From: a virus
Virus record (IMG/VR): IMGVR_UViG_3300025133_008097
Span: 52,841 to 116,840 of that record
DNA length: 64,000 nt
Direction: 5' to 3' (one strand)
Position numbers and translations under genes: made by a program. Below are positions 10,921-20,003 of this stretch, in pieces; position 1 is the stretch's first letter; each line of letters starts with the position of its first letter. A model generated the notes under the pieces. That model was not told the origin of the DNA. It did not search any database and saw nothing but the letters and a program-made list of their open reading frames with translations.

Positions 10921-12066
10921 ATGGCCACCACATTTAAATCTCTACGTTCGAAAGACGTTGTTTCCACTCGGACGATGCTTCACGAAGCGATCCCGGTTAC
11001 GGGAACGATTGTTTCCGGAACGTACAATGATCTAAACATCAAAAACTATGCTCACGGAATATTCCAGTCAGTTTTTGATTACCCATACTTAAGTTCGTCG
11101 GCGAATCATATTTTTGATATCACCGCTGGCTACTCGAATGGCTCCGCGTGTTCTGCCTCGAACAACACTCAGAATTCTAAAAAGGTTAATATTTATAATG
11201 AGTTGGCCCAGATTTTAGTCGGGTTTGACGAAACCGGATCTGTGAGAAAGTTTGATGAAGATGGTGATCTTACTGGCGGCACGAAGCTCCGCGAGTGTTA
11301 CTTTCTTAATTTTTCGCGGCTTCTTCAAAAAGATGAGATCAAGAAAGGAAGTTTTACTCTGGAGCTGGGAACAAGCGCCTCAGCTAATTCCTTTGCAACG
11401 CGTATCATGTTGCAAGATGTGAGTGCGTCCGATCAATATAAAGTTAACTCCCCCGCCGGCGAATACGGAATTCTTTATGCCAACAACTCTGCCGGATCTA
11501 CATTGAAGAATCCTGCTGCCACGACTACATCTATCAAGGCCGGCCTGATTTTTTATCAAGCCGGAATCGTGGCAATTACCGCTTCCCTGTTTTCAGGCTC
11601 TGTAGAAGGTAGCGCGCATGCGACCGGCCTGGACGATCCGGGCCTGTTATCTCAGTCTCTTACTGGTGTACACCTATCTCCAAACTATACGGCGGACGAT
11701 CTTCCTTTAGTGAGTGGCTCCAACCCGATCCAGTCAGTTTTAAGTGGCGCTGCCATCTCAGGCAATTGTGATGTTCTGCGTCGCAGGATTTACAACATTC
11801 AGTTTAATAATACTACAGAGCTTAATTCAACCATTTACTTCTGTCGTGCAAATCATAATGAGTTCAACTATTCGGCGAATCCTACATATTTAAGCGCCAG
11901 TAAATTGGTTGTTAAGAATAACTCTCAAGACACCCCGGTTTCTTATGCTACTTCGGTTGGGCTTTATTCGCCCGATAACGAGTTAATGGCAGTTGCAAAA
12001 CTGTCGGAACCAATGAAGAAGGACCCGTCTAATGAATTCACGGTTCGGGTACGGTTGGATTATTAG
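10921..12066 (+). CDS. Baseplate/tail-collar-type structural protein
   Basis: C-terminal VGLYSPDNELMAVAKLSEPMKK..VRVRLDY resembles the GLFDxxGxLIAVA end of tail-collar/fibre-attachment domains. Paralogous to 12075..13337. Confidence 0.55.
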   Translation: MATTFKSLRSKDVVSTRTMLHEAIPVTGTIVSGTYNDLNIKNYAHGIFQSVFDYPYLSSSANHIFDITAGYSNGSACSASNNTQNSKKVNIYNELAQILVGFDETGSVRKFDEDGDLTGGTKLRECYFLNFSRLLQKDEIKKGSFTLELGTSASANSFATRIMLQDVSASDQYKVNSPAGEYGILYANNSAGSTLKNPAATTTSIKAGLIFYQAGIVAITASLFSGSVEGSAHATGLDDPGLLSQSLTGVHLSPNYTADDLPLVSGSNPIQSVLSGAAISGNCDVLRRRIYNIQFNNTTELNSTIYFCRANHNEFNYSANPTYLSASKLVVKNNSQDTPVSYATSVGLYSPDNELMAVAKLSEPMKKDPSNEFTVRVRLDY

Positions 12067-12074
12067 GACATGGC

Positions 12075-13337
12075 ATGCCCCACTTCTTTCGTAAGTTTCG
12101 CCGTAGCGATGTTTACATTAATACGATAAAGACTTACCCTGAAGTAAAGTTTTCAATTTATGGGGGAGCCGCTTATTACAATAATGCACCCATAGTCTCG
12201 GGGGCCTTCACAGGGTCGGTGTTATTAAGCAACCCTTCCGGCGCAATCAGCCTCTACGAAATGAATGTAGATCGTTTTGAGACCGAAGGTCAGGCGTTTG
12301 GTCCCAACAATGTAGAAAATAATAATTTAGTTCGACCATGGGTTTCTAAGGACGGCTCTAGAATGGCCTTCCGAACTACTACGAAAGCTGGTTTTAATGC
12401 CGCAAGCGTGGGGGACATTATGTATTCCACTTTTCCTCTTACTGCTTCTATTAAAAAAGACTTTTATGCCTCCTCTGATGCGAGAAGCGTCGCGCCGTCA
12501 TTTACCAAGAGCGGCGGAACCGGAATCGCGGTTTCTGCTAATGGGTCCGTTACTCGAATCCTAGCCCTTAAAAATACGATTAATTATTACAACTATGTTA
12601 ATCCTGAATTCACTTACTCCAATACAGCACGAAATTTCGATAGTGTAGATGTTGGCCTCATTAGTGTTCCAAGTATTTTTTATGGCAGCAGGTTTAAGAA
12701 AGGCACTATAAATCTTAAGTTTTATTATACGGGCTCTTTGTTTGCTCAAGCCCGCGATACTGCGCAAAATGGAGTGTTGTATGAAACAATGGGCCCCCGG
12801 ACGGGAAGCCCAATTGGTTTGGTTCTCTATCGTGAGGGAATGATTATATTGACAGGAGCATATGACCTGGCCTCAGGCGGCGAGACAGATCTTTACCAAG
12901 GCGCCACCGCCGGCCAGAAGAGTCCCAAGTGGGTTTACTTTGGGGCAGGCGCCCAACAAGCCGGCGTCTCTCCTCCCTACTCTTCTTTCTTAATGGAAAT
13001 GAGCGGTACGGCGGATGTGCAGACCGTTACAATGTTCGCGACAGCACCCAAAGGACAGCTAAATCACTCAAATAATCCTAGTTATGTTCAGTTTTCAACC
13101 GCGAGTCATGTTACTACTGGGTCGCATGCTTATCTTCAAGACCAGAAAAGAGTCATTAAAAATATTGTGTCCTCCTCCTATATCACCCCAACCGCCTCCT
13201 TTCAAAAAACAACGTATATTTCAAAAATTGGAATTTACGACGAGAACGAAAACTTGATCGCAATTGCAAAGCCGGCCACCCCGATTAAAAAAGAAGCAGA
13301 CCGCGATTTTACGTTTAAGCTAAAAATAGATATATAA
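12075..13337 (+). CDS. Baseplate/tail-collar-type structural protein (paralogue of 10921..12066)
   Basis: Shares the IKKGSF/FKKGTI, GLIFY/GLVLY and IGIYDENENLIAIAKPATPIKK motifs with the preceding ORF. Confidence 0.55.
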   Translation: MPHFFRKFRRSDVYINTIKTYPEVKFSIYGGAAYYNNAPIVSGAFTGSVLLSNPSGAISLYEMNVDRFETEGQAFGPNNVENNNLVRPWVSKDGSRMAFRTTTKAGFNAASVGDIMYSTFPLTASIKKDFYASSDARSVAPSFTKSGGTGIAVSANGSVTRILALKNTINYYNYVNPEFTYSNTARNFDSVDVGLISVPSIFYGSRFKKGTINLKFYYTGSLFAQARDTAQNGVLYETMGPRTGSPIGLVLYREGMIILTGAYDLASGGETDLYQGATAGQKSPKWVYFGAGAQQAGVSPPYSSFLMEMSGTADVQTVTMFATAPKGQLNHSNNPSYVQFSTASHVTTGSHAYLQDQKRVIKNIVSSSYITPTASFQKTTYISKIGIYDENENLIAIAKPATPIKKEADRDFTFKLKIDI

Positions 13338-13352
13338 ACCTTGTCGTAGTTT

Positions 13353-13361
13353 TGGTACAAT
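13353..13361 (+). promoter_or_regulatory. Extended -10 sigma70-type promoter (TGG-TACAAT), predicted leaderless start
   Basis: TGn plus TACAAT ends at 13361. ATG is at 13368 with 6 nt between. No SD before the ATG. Confidence 0.6.
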
Positions 13362-13367
13362 GACTCT

Positions 13368-13901
13368 ATGATTTTAGGACTCGACATATCCACTAGTATA
13401 ACTGGTTACACCATATTAGACCATGAAGGCAACATCGTCGCCTGTGATCACATTGATTTACGCAAAGAGAAGAATTTCTTTAAGAAGGTGCGGACTATAA
13501 ATTCACGCCTAGAGACGATAGCCCATGCATATGAGGTAGAACAGGTCTACATTGAGCAATCGCTCCAGTCTTTCCGCTCCGGTTTTTCATCAGCCCAAAC
13601 CCTCTCCTTGCTTTCAAAAATTAATGGCATTGTCTCGTGGTTATGTTATAATATGTTTTATGGCGAACCCAAGTACTTAGCCGCCACTTCTGCTCGCAAA
13701 CTATGTGGGATCAAAATCCCTCGCGGCCAGAAAGCAAAAAAGGTTTCATTACAGTTTGTACTTGACAACGTGCCTGGTTTTGAGATAGAATATACAAGAC
13801 ATGGAAATCCAAAGGCTGGTTATGCCGACCGGTCGGATAGCTATGTTATTGCAAGGGCAGGCTGGATCCGTGAAAGAGAAGAAGCTAAAGATACTGACTA
13901 A
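13368..13901 (+). CDS. ruvC: RuvC-like Holliday junction resolvase (RNase H fold)
   Basis: ILGLDISTSITG first strand with catalytic Asp, VYIEQ Glu, and C-terminal DRSDSYVIA Asp pair. Confidence 0.8.
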   Translation: MILGLDISTSITGYTILDHEGNIVACDHIDLRKEKNFFKKVRTINSRLETIAHAYEVEQVYIEQSLQSFRSGFSSAQTLSLLSKINGIVSWLCYNMFYGEPKYLAATSARKLCGIKIPRGQKAKKVSLQFVLDNVPGFEIEYTRHGNPKAGYADRSDSYVIARAGWIREREEAKDTD

Positions 13902-14805
13902 TGTGTTGGGGACCGGCTACCGGACCAACAATGAATATCTTTTTAAATGCCCCTACTGCGAACATCACAAGCGCAAATTCTCTGTAAATCTAGATAAGGG
14001 CTACTATAAATGCTGGGTGTGCGACACCCGTGGCAAGAATATCTATCGTGTTGTTCGCCGTTTTGGCACGAACCACGACAAGTCGCAATGGCGAGATTTC
14101 ACTTCTGAGATTGATTTTGATCAACTCGAAGATTTATTCGGCGAGAAAATAGAAGAAAAACAGATACTTGAGATGCCCGAAGGGTTTATCTCTCTCGCAA
14201 ACAGAGAGATGCCACCTACCGGCTTTGCTGCAATGAACTACCTACGCCATCGCGGCATCACTAAGCAAGACATTGTTTGGTGGAAGATGGGATACTGCAC
14301 CAAGGGAGAATACGAGGGCAGAATCATAATTCCATCGTTCGATGATGAAGGAGACTTGAGCTATTTTGTATCCCGATCTTATGATCGATCCTATTATCCT
14401 AAGTATAAGAACCCTCCGGCAAGCCGTAATATTATATTCAACGATTTGTTTGTGGATTGGAGTTCGGACATTATCCTGGTCGAAGGGATTTTTGATGCGA
14501 TTAATGCAGGCCGTAATGCGGTCCCTATTCTTGGCTCTACATTAAATCAGAACTCTGTCCTGCTTCGTAAGATCGTTAAAGAGGACGCTGGAGTGTATGT
14601 TGCACTCGATCCCGACGCCACAAAGAAAGAGCTTGAGATTATAAAGACTTTGTTGGATTTTGATATTGAGGTTTGGAAGGTAAATATCGGCGACAACGAG
14701 GATGTTGGCTCGATGAAAAAGGAACAATTCCAGAAATGCTTGGAAAATGCGACCCTTATCACTCCAGACAACTATTTATTGTTGACACTTGCCATGTCTG
14801 TCTAG
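13870..14805 (+). CDS. dnaG: DnaG-type DNA primase (Zn finger plus TOPRIM)
   Basis: CPYC...CWVC zinc finger, TOPRIM LVEGIFD and LDPDA motifs. Likely start is GTG 13870 (track start 13801). Confidence 0.85.
   Translation: MKEKKLKILTNVLGTGYRTNNEYLFKCPYCEHHKRKFSVNLDKGYYKCWVCDTRGKNIYRVVRRFGTNHDKSQWRDFTSEIDFDQLEDLFGEKIEEKQILEMPEGFISLANREMPPTGFAAMNYLRHRGITKQDIVWWKMGYCTKGEYEGRIIIPSFDDEGDLSYFVSRSYDRSYYPKYKNPPASRNIIFNDLFVDWSSDIILVEGIFDAINAGRNAVPILGSTLNQNSVLLRKIVKEDAGVYVALDPDATKKELEIIKTLLDFDIEVWKVNIGDNEDVGSMKKEQFQKCLENATLITPDNYLLLTLAMSV
14772..14778 (+). promoter_or_regulatory. Putative late promoter motif CTATTTA inside the primase 3' end
   Basis: 41 nt upstream of ATG 14813, which opens the small leader-bearing gene cluster. 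Confidence 0.5.
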
Positions 14806-14812
14806 GAGCCCA

Positions 14813-15178
14813 ATGAAACTAATAATGGAAAACTGGAAGAAGTTTTTGTCTGAGAGAGTAGAATTAGAAGATCTGCCCATCGGACCACAGCCTCTTCGGT
14901 TGCACAAAGAAGCCAATGCCCAGATTATTTTGGCTAAGGATAATCCGGGTCTTTTTGACCGGTCAAACGATCAATTTTGGTCCGAGGATCCCGGGAAGAT
15001 CGAGTACTATAAAGAAAGGGGCCGGGACATCACCCAAGACGACATCGACCGCGGCTTCTTCCGCGGGTGGAATGACGAACTAACGGTTGTAAATCAGGAT
15101 GGCGAGATAGTGGTGGGTAGCATCGAAAGCGAGTATGCTGACCTCGACCTCATCGTCGTAGCGCCGGCGCCCCAGTAA
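14813..15178 (+). CDS. Small acidic protein with MKLIMENWKKFLSE leader (putative internal head protein)
   Basis: AGGAG SD before ATG 14813. The leader ends in LxE. Confidence 0.55.
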   Translation: MKLIMENWKKFLSERVELEDLPIGPQPLRLHKEANAQIILAKDNPGLFDRSNDQFWSEDPGKIEYYKERGRDITQDDIDRGFFRGWNDELTVVNQDGEIVVGSIESEYADLDLIVVAPAPQ

Positions 15179-15180
15179 AA

Positions 15181-15675
15181 ATGAAAATCTCAACTGCCCG
15201 CTTAAAGCAAATCATCCACGAGGAACTCTTTTATCGAGAGTTTCATCGCAAGACAGAACAACTCACGGAAGTAGAGTCAGAAAAACAGCGCCGTTATATG
15301 TGCGCAATGAAGGATTCGGACGACCGCCCGGAAGGCCTCTCGAAAGCAGAAGCAGAAGAAATGTGCACCGGACCAATGAAAGAAGCCAACCCGGCCCATC
15401 CGCGGGGATGGGAGCCACTCCCTCGTGGAGGCGACCCCGCGGCAAAGTTCCTTCAGAAGCTCAAGGCGGAAAAAGCAGCGATTGCGGCTGCAGCTGAGAG
15501 AAAAAAAAGAGGAGAAGCCTCGACACCAGCTAGCACCACCAATCTCAAGCGCTTTGATCGCGCCGCTCCTGAAGAAAAAGATCCGGAAAATGTTGGACTT
15601 GATACGCTGGAGATGACGGAAAAAGAGTATGAACAGTGGCGCGCCCGAGGATTCTTCGATAAGGATAAGTTTTAA
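15181..15675 (+). CDS. Putative internal head protein, leader MKISTARLKQIIHEEL
   Basis: Shared N-terminal leader, followed by an LTE site. Confidence 0.6.
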   Translation: MKISTARLKQIIHEELFYREFHRKTEQLTEVESEKQRRYMCAMKDSDDRPEGLSKAEAEEMCTGPMKEANPAHPRGWEPLPRGGDPAAKFLQKLKAEKAAIAAAAERKKRGEASTPASTTNLKRFDRAAPEEKDPENVGLDTLEMTEKEYEQWRARGFFDKDKF

Positions 15676-15689
15676 AAGGAACAAATAAA

Positions 15690-16037
15690 ATGAAAATCAC
15701 CAAACAAAGACTAAAAGAGATTATCAAGGAAGAGCTTAATGAAGCCTCCAACCCGGAATGGGAGTCGGCCGACAAGATCCTCAGAGGTCTAGTATATCTG
15801 GCACAGGACCTAGAGGACAGCTCCAACGCTGACCCAGCAGGGCTTGCATTCGCAATCGTCGGAAAACTCCGCGAAGCCGTTGATGCTATGGAGCGACGCT
15901 TAAACGAGAAGTTTGCAGAGGTAGAAGACGAGGTTTCGGACGAAGAGGCTCTGGTACTCAAAGGGCCCCAGTTCGATCCACTTGGAGACTCTCTCCCTGC
16001 GCGCCGCCAGCGAGCATCAGTCCGGGGTCGGAAATAA
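15690..16037 (+). CDS. Putative internal head protein, leader MKITKQRLKEIIKEEL
   Basis: Shared leader followed by NE. SD AAGGA. Confidence 0.6.
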   Translation: MKITKQRLKEIIKEELNEASNPEWESADKILRGLVYLAQDLEDSSNADPAGLAFAIVGKLREAVDAMERRLNEKFAEVEDEVSDEEALVLKGPQFDPLGDSLPARRQRASVRGRK

Positions 16038-16507
16038 TGAAAATCACCAAGCAAAGACTTAAAGAGATCATCAAGGAAGAGCTTTCCACAGTTCGCGAGA
16101 GCGACTGGTATGATGACGAAAACGAGACCCGCGCCGACAGGAAGTATGCCGACCGCGACGCCGGATTGGGAGATCTCCAGTCGGACGAAAAGTTCACAGG
16201 CGGTTCCCCCGAAGAACGGCTGCTCACGCTTATGAGAGCAAGAGAGGTTCTTGCGGCAATGAGTGAGGAAGATTTGGAAGAACTCAGTCTTAGCCTCGAC
16301 GGCGAAACTACCAGATGGCTTCAACACCTCCTCGCCAACCCGATGTATGCCCCCATGGAGGAGAAGTTCGAACGAAGGCGCTACGGCCAGTCCGCGAAAA
16401 AACCAAAGCCGAAGACCCCACGTGACGAGAAAAATCTGTCACAGCGTGAAAAAGATGCGCTCAATAGCGCCACCGGCAAGAAGAACCAAGGCCGCGGAGG
16501 CTACTAA
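16037..16507 (+). CDS. Putative internal head protein, leader MKITKQRLKEIIKEEL
   Basis: Identical 16-aa leader to 15690 (3 synonymous nt differences). TAATG coupling. Confidence 0.6.
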   Translation: MKITKQRLKEIIKEELSTVRESDWYDDENETRADRKYADRDAGLGDLQSDEKFTGGSPEERLLTLMRAREVLAAMSEEDLEELSLSLDGETTRWLQHLLANPMYAPMEEKFERRRYGQSAKKPKPKTPRDEKNLSQREKDALNSATGKKNQGRGGY

Positions 16508-16508
16508 A

Positions 16509-16787
16509 ATGAAGATTTCAAAAGCAAAGCTACGACAGATCATCAAGGAAGAGTTGGGAACTCTGCGGGAGGAAGACCCAGCGGAGGAAACAGCGCTTAA
16601 TAGTCCGCGGCAGGCTGGTAGGGAGTGGGCTATTAAGAATCTTCGCGTCGCCATCAACCGCGCTGCGGGAGCCGGACTGAGCAATGACGAAATCCGCAAG
16701 GTCATAGAGGATAAGATAGAGAGCGGCACCGAGCACGGACGCTTCACATCTACCGGACCTTGGGCTCCGGAATATAGGGATAAATAA
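16509..16787 (+). CDS. Putative internal head protein, leader MKISKAKLRQIIKEEL
   Basis: True start is ATG 16509 within track ORF 16263..16787. Leader followed by LRE. Confidence 0.6.
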   Translation: MKISKAKLRQIIKEELGTLREEDPAEETALNSPRQAGREWAIKNLRVAINRAAGAGLSNDEIRKVIEDKIESGTEHGRFTSTGPWAPEYRDK

Positions 16788-16796
16788 AAATAACAC

Positions 16797-16824
16797 TTGA
16801 CACCACCTCCCCATCCTGTATACT
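16797..16824 (+). promoter_or_regulatory. sigma70-type promoter TTGACA-N16-TATACT
   Basis: Perfect -35 at 16797-16802 and TATACT at 16819-16824, upstream of the GTG at 16851. Confidence 0.7.
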
Positions 16825-16850
16825 AGTATCATAGACTAGGGGATAACTAC

Positions 16851-19800
16851 GTGTATAAAATAGCACACCTTGCGGACACGCATATAAAGAATTTAAAATT
16901 TCATTACGAATACAAGAAGGTATTCGAACAACTTTACGAAACACTACGAAAAGAAAACGTAGATTACATCGTACACTGCGGCGACATCGCCCACACCAAG
17001 ACACAGATTTCACCAGAGTTCGTTGAGCTTTGCTCCGACTTCTTCGCAAATCTAGCGAAAATCGCGCCAACCTACATCATCTTGGGCAATCACGACGGCA
17101 ACTTAAAGAATAGCACCCGTCAGGACGCCCTGTCGCCAATTGTGAAGGCTTTAAACCTACCGGACCTACATCTGCTCAAGGAAGCCGGAGAAGTCCTTGT
17201 AGGGCCGCACATCGCCCTTAACGTGCTATCCGTCTTTGACGAGGATAATTGGGTGATGCCGACCGACCCGGAACGAATCAACATCGCACTTTATCACGGC
17301 TCTGTATCTGGCGTCAAAACCGACACCGGCTGGGTGATGACTCATGGCGATCACGACGTAGGAATTTTCGGTGGTCACGACTATGCTATGCTTGGCGACA
17401 TTCACAAGACAAATCAAATCCTCGACACCGAAGGTCGCGTGAGGTATTGCGGCTCAACCGTCCAGCAGAATCACGGCGAGACAAATGACAAGGGATTTTT
17501 GATTTGGGAAATTGAAGACAAAGACAAGTTTCGCGTGAGTCACCATGTTTTGCTCAACCCCAAGCCATTCGTAACAATCGAACTCACGCCAAAGGGGCGT
17601 ATGCCTAAGGGCACTAAGATCCCTCCCACGGCTCGACTTCGCCTCGTGAGCAATAATAATCTACCGCTTGATGTTATGCGTAAAGCTGTAGAGGTCGCTA
17701 AGCATCGTTTTAAGCCCGAGAGTATTGCGTTTCTTAATCGTGCAGCCGGCGAACGCGGTACAGTTGAGATCGGTACTGGCTTTAAGGTAGAAAATCTGCG
17801 AGACAAGGGCGTACAAGAGAATCTAATCCGTGAGTATCTCGTTGAATATCAGCCGAGCGAGAACATGCTTGAGAGAGTCTTCGAACTAAATCGGAAGTAC
17901 AACTCACAGATTGAAGAGACAGAAGAAGTCGCACGAAACGTTAATTGGAATATTAACAAGTTTGAGTGGGATAATCTCTTTAACTATGGTGAAGACAATA
18001 GTGTAGACTTTACTAAGCTAAATGGTATTGTGGGGATTTTTGGCAAGAACTATTCCGGAAAGTCTAGTATTATTGACGGAATGCTTTATACGATGTTTAA
18101 TACCACCTCCAAGAATGAGCGTAAAAACTACAACATCATCAACCAGAATAAAAAAGACTGCCGCGGCTGCGTGGAGTTACAAGTAGGTGATAAAGTATAT
18201 ACGATTGAGCGCAAGTCGGAGAAGTATGTTAAAAAGTTAAAAGGCGAAGTCACCAACGAGGCGAGGACCTTCTTAGATTTCTCGGGCCTCGATGCGGTAA
18301 TGGGAGAAGAATCGAGTCTTAACGGTACCACCCGTACCGAAACAGATGCACATATTCGTAAGCGTTTTGGCACAGTAGAGGACTTCTTACTAACTTCGAT
18401 GTCAAGTCAGCTCGATAGTTTATCTTTTATTAAGGAGGGATCCACGCGCCGCAAAGAAATTCTTGCTAAGTTCTTGGATTTAGACATTTTTGAGAAAAAG
18501 TTTAAGTTGGCTCACGAGGACGGCTCGGACTTAAAAGCCGTTCTGCGACGCGTGGGAGATACAGATTATAGTAATGACATAGCATTAGCCGAGGTCCAGC
18601 ACCTCGAAGCCAATCGCGCACTAGATAATGAAGTTGCGGCATGCGATCAACTCAGAGAGGGCCTGAGCGTGGCAGAGAAGGAATATGCAACACTCACAGT
18701 GCAGATCGATTCCATTCCCGCTGAGCGCTTGGATATTAAAAATCTCTTGGAAACTCGCTCTTCTCTGGAAAAGAAGGTTGAAGGGACTGATGTTAGCATT
18801 GTAGAACTTAAGTCGCAGAATCTTGACTATAACGAAAAGCTAAAAGACTACGACGACTTTTTGACAACTATCGATATCGAAGATCTTTTGGCTCAAAAGC
18901 AAGAGTTTGATGAGTTCAAGCAAAAATATGATGATACCCTTAATAAGGCGCGCCTCTTAGATAATGATTATAAGTCTATGAGCAAAAAACTAGACTTGTT
19001 GGATGAAGTACCATGCGGGGATAAATATCCCACGTGCCAGTTTATCCGGGACGCTCACTTGGCCGCGGTTGAACTGCCCTCCTTGGAGGTTGAAATTGTT
19101 GACAAGATTGAAGAGGCCAAAGGATATAAAAATATGACAATCTCTGTGGACTCGTTTCAAATGATTGAGCTTATTGAGCGTTATAATAATACCATTATTA
19201 AAAAGAACAATATTGAGATTGAGAAGCGCGATAACAAAGTCTCTATCGAGAAGCTATATGCGAAGATAAAAAGCTATCGAGACGCTCTTCGAACAACGAG
19301 TGAAAAGATTGAGTTATATGAAGAAAAGAAAGATTTAATTAAGAACATAGAAAGTCTTATTAACTCTCGTGACACGGTGGAAAGAAAAATAAAAGAGATG
19401 AGAGGAGAGCTTCTCGATGTCGAAGACTCGATTAATCTACACCACCGACAGCTTGGATCTATGGAACAAAAGGTTGAAGACCTTAAGGAAAAAAAGTTAG
19501 AGTTAGATGAAATACGGGAGGAATACGCAGCCTATGATTTGTTCATGCGCTGCACTCATTCTAATGGGATTGCTTACGATATTATCAAAAAGCGCCTACC
19601 AGTTATTAATGCTGAAATAGCGAAGGTATTGTCAAACATTGTTGACTTCGATGTCTTCTTCCAGGAAGACGGCCGCAAGCTCGACATCCTGCTCAAGCAT
19701 CCAAAGCACGACCCGCGGCCGATTGAGATGGGCTCCGGCGCCGAGAAAACTGTTACCGCGATGGCTATTCGCCTGGCTCTGCTCTCCGTGTCATCACTAC

Positions 19801-20003
19801 CTAAGGGAAATATTTTTATTCTCGATGAGCCTGGAACTGCCCTAGATGCAGACAACATGGAGGGGTTCATTCGAATCCTTCAGCTTATTAAGATGTATTT
19901 TAAAACTGTCATTCTTGTCTCTCATTTAGATTCTCTTAAAGATATCGTAGATGTGGAAATTACCATTGATAAGACAAATGGTTATGCCCGGGTCAGTCAG
20001 TGA
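16851..20003 (+). CDS. sbcCD: Fused Mre11/SbcD nuclease - Rad50/SbcC ATPase (gp47-gp46-like)
   Basis: N-terminal phosphoesterase motifs HLADTH, GDIAH, GNHD, YHG, GDIHK. Then Walker A GKNYSGKSS, coiled coil with CGDKYPTC, signature MGSGAEK, Walker B ILDEP, D-loop ALD and H-loop VSH, all in one 1050-aa ORF. Confidence 0.9.
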   Translation: MYKIAHLADTHIKNLKFHYEYKKVFEQLYETLRKENVDYIVHCGDIAHTKTQISPEFVELCSDFFANLAKIAPTYIILGNHDGNLKNSTRQDALSPIVKALNLPDLHLLKEAGEVLVGPHIALNVLSVFDEDNWVMPTDPERINIALYHGSVSGVKTDTGWVMTHGDHDVGIFGGHDYAMLGDIHKTNQILDTEGRVRYCGSTVQQNHGETNDKGFLIWEIEDKDKFRVSHHVLLNPKPFVTIELTPKGRMPKGTKIPPTARLRLVSNNNLPLDVMRKAVEVAKHRFKPESIAFLNRAAGERGTVEIGTGFKVENLRDKGVQENLIREYLVEYQPSENMLERVFELNRKYNSQIEETEEVARNVNWNINKFEWDNLFNYGEDNSVDFTKLNGIVGIFGKNYSGKSSIIDGMLYTMFNTTSKNERKNYNIINQNKKDCRGCVELQVGDKVYTIERKSEKYVKKLKGEVTNEARTFLDFSGLDAVMGEESSLNGTTRTETDAHIRKRFGTVEDFLLTSMSSQLDSLSFIKEGSTRRKEILAKFLDLDIFEKKFKLAHEDGSDLKAVLRRVGDTDYSNDIALAEVQHLEANRALDNEVAACDQLREGLSVAEKEYATLTVQIDSIPAERLDIKNLLETRSSLEKKVEGTDVSIVELKSQNLDYNEKLKDYDDFLTTIDIEDLLAQKQEFDEFKQKYDDTLNKARLLDNDYKSMSKKLDLLDEVPCGDKYPTCQFIRDAHLAAVELPSLEVEIVDKIEEAKGYKNMTISVDSFQMIELIERYNNTIIKKNNIEIEKRDNKVSIEKLYAKIKSYRDALRTTSEKIELYEEKKDLIKNIESLINSRDTVERKIKEMRGELLDVEDSINLHHRQLGSMEQKVEDLKEKKLELDEIREEYAAYDLFMRCTHSNGIAYDIIKKRLPVINAEIAKVLSNIVDFDVFFQEDGRKLDILLKHPKHDPRPIEMGSGAEKTVTAMAIRLALLSVSSLPKGNIFILDEPGTALDADNMEGFIRILQLIKMYFKTVILVSHLDSLKDIVDVEITIDKTNGYARVSQ

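Noticed and set aside
15545-16327. 260-aa minus-strand ORF, and similar ones at 32100..32792, 47148..47765 and 58405..59133
   Set aside because: Antisense shadows of well-supported plus-strand genes, with Ser/Arg-biased composition, no motifs and no SD or promoter support.
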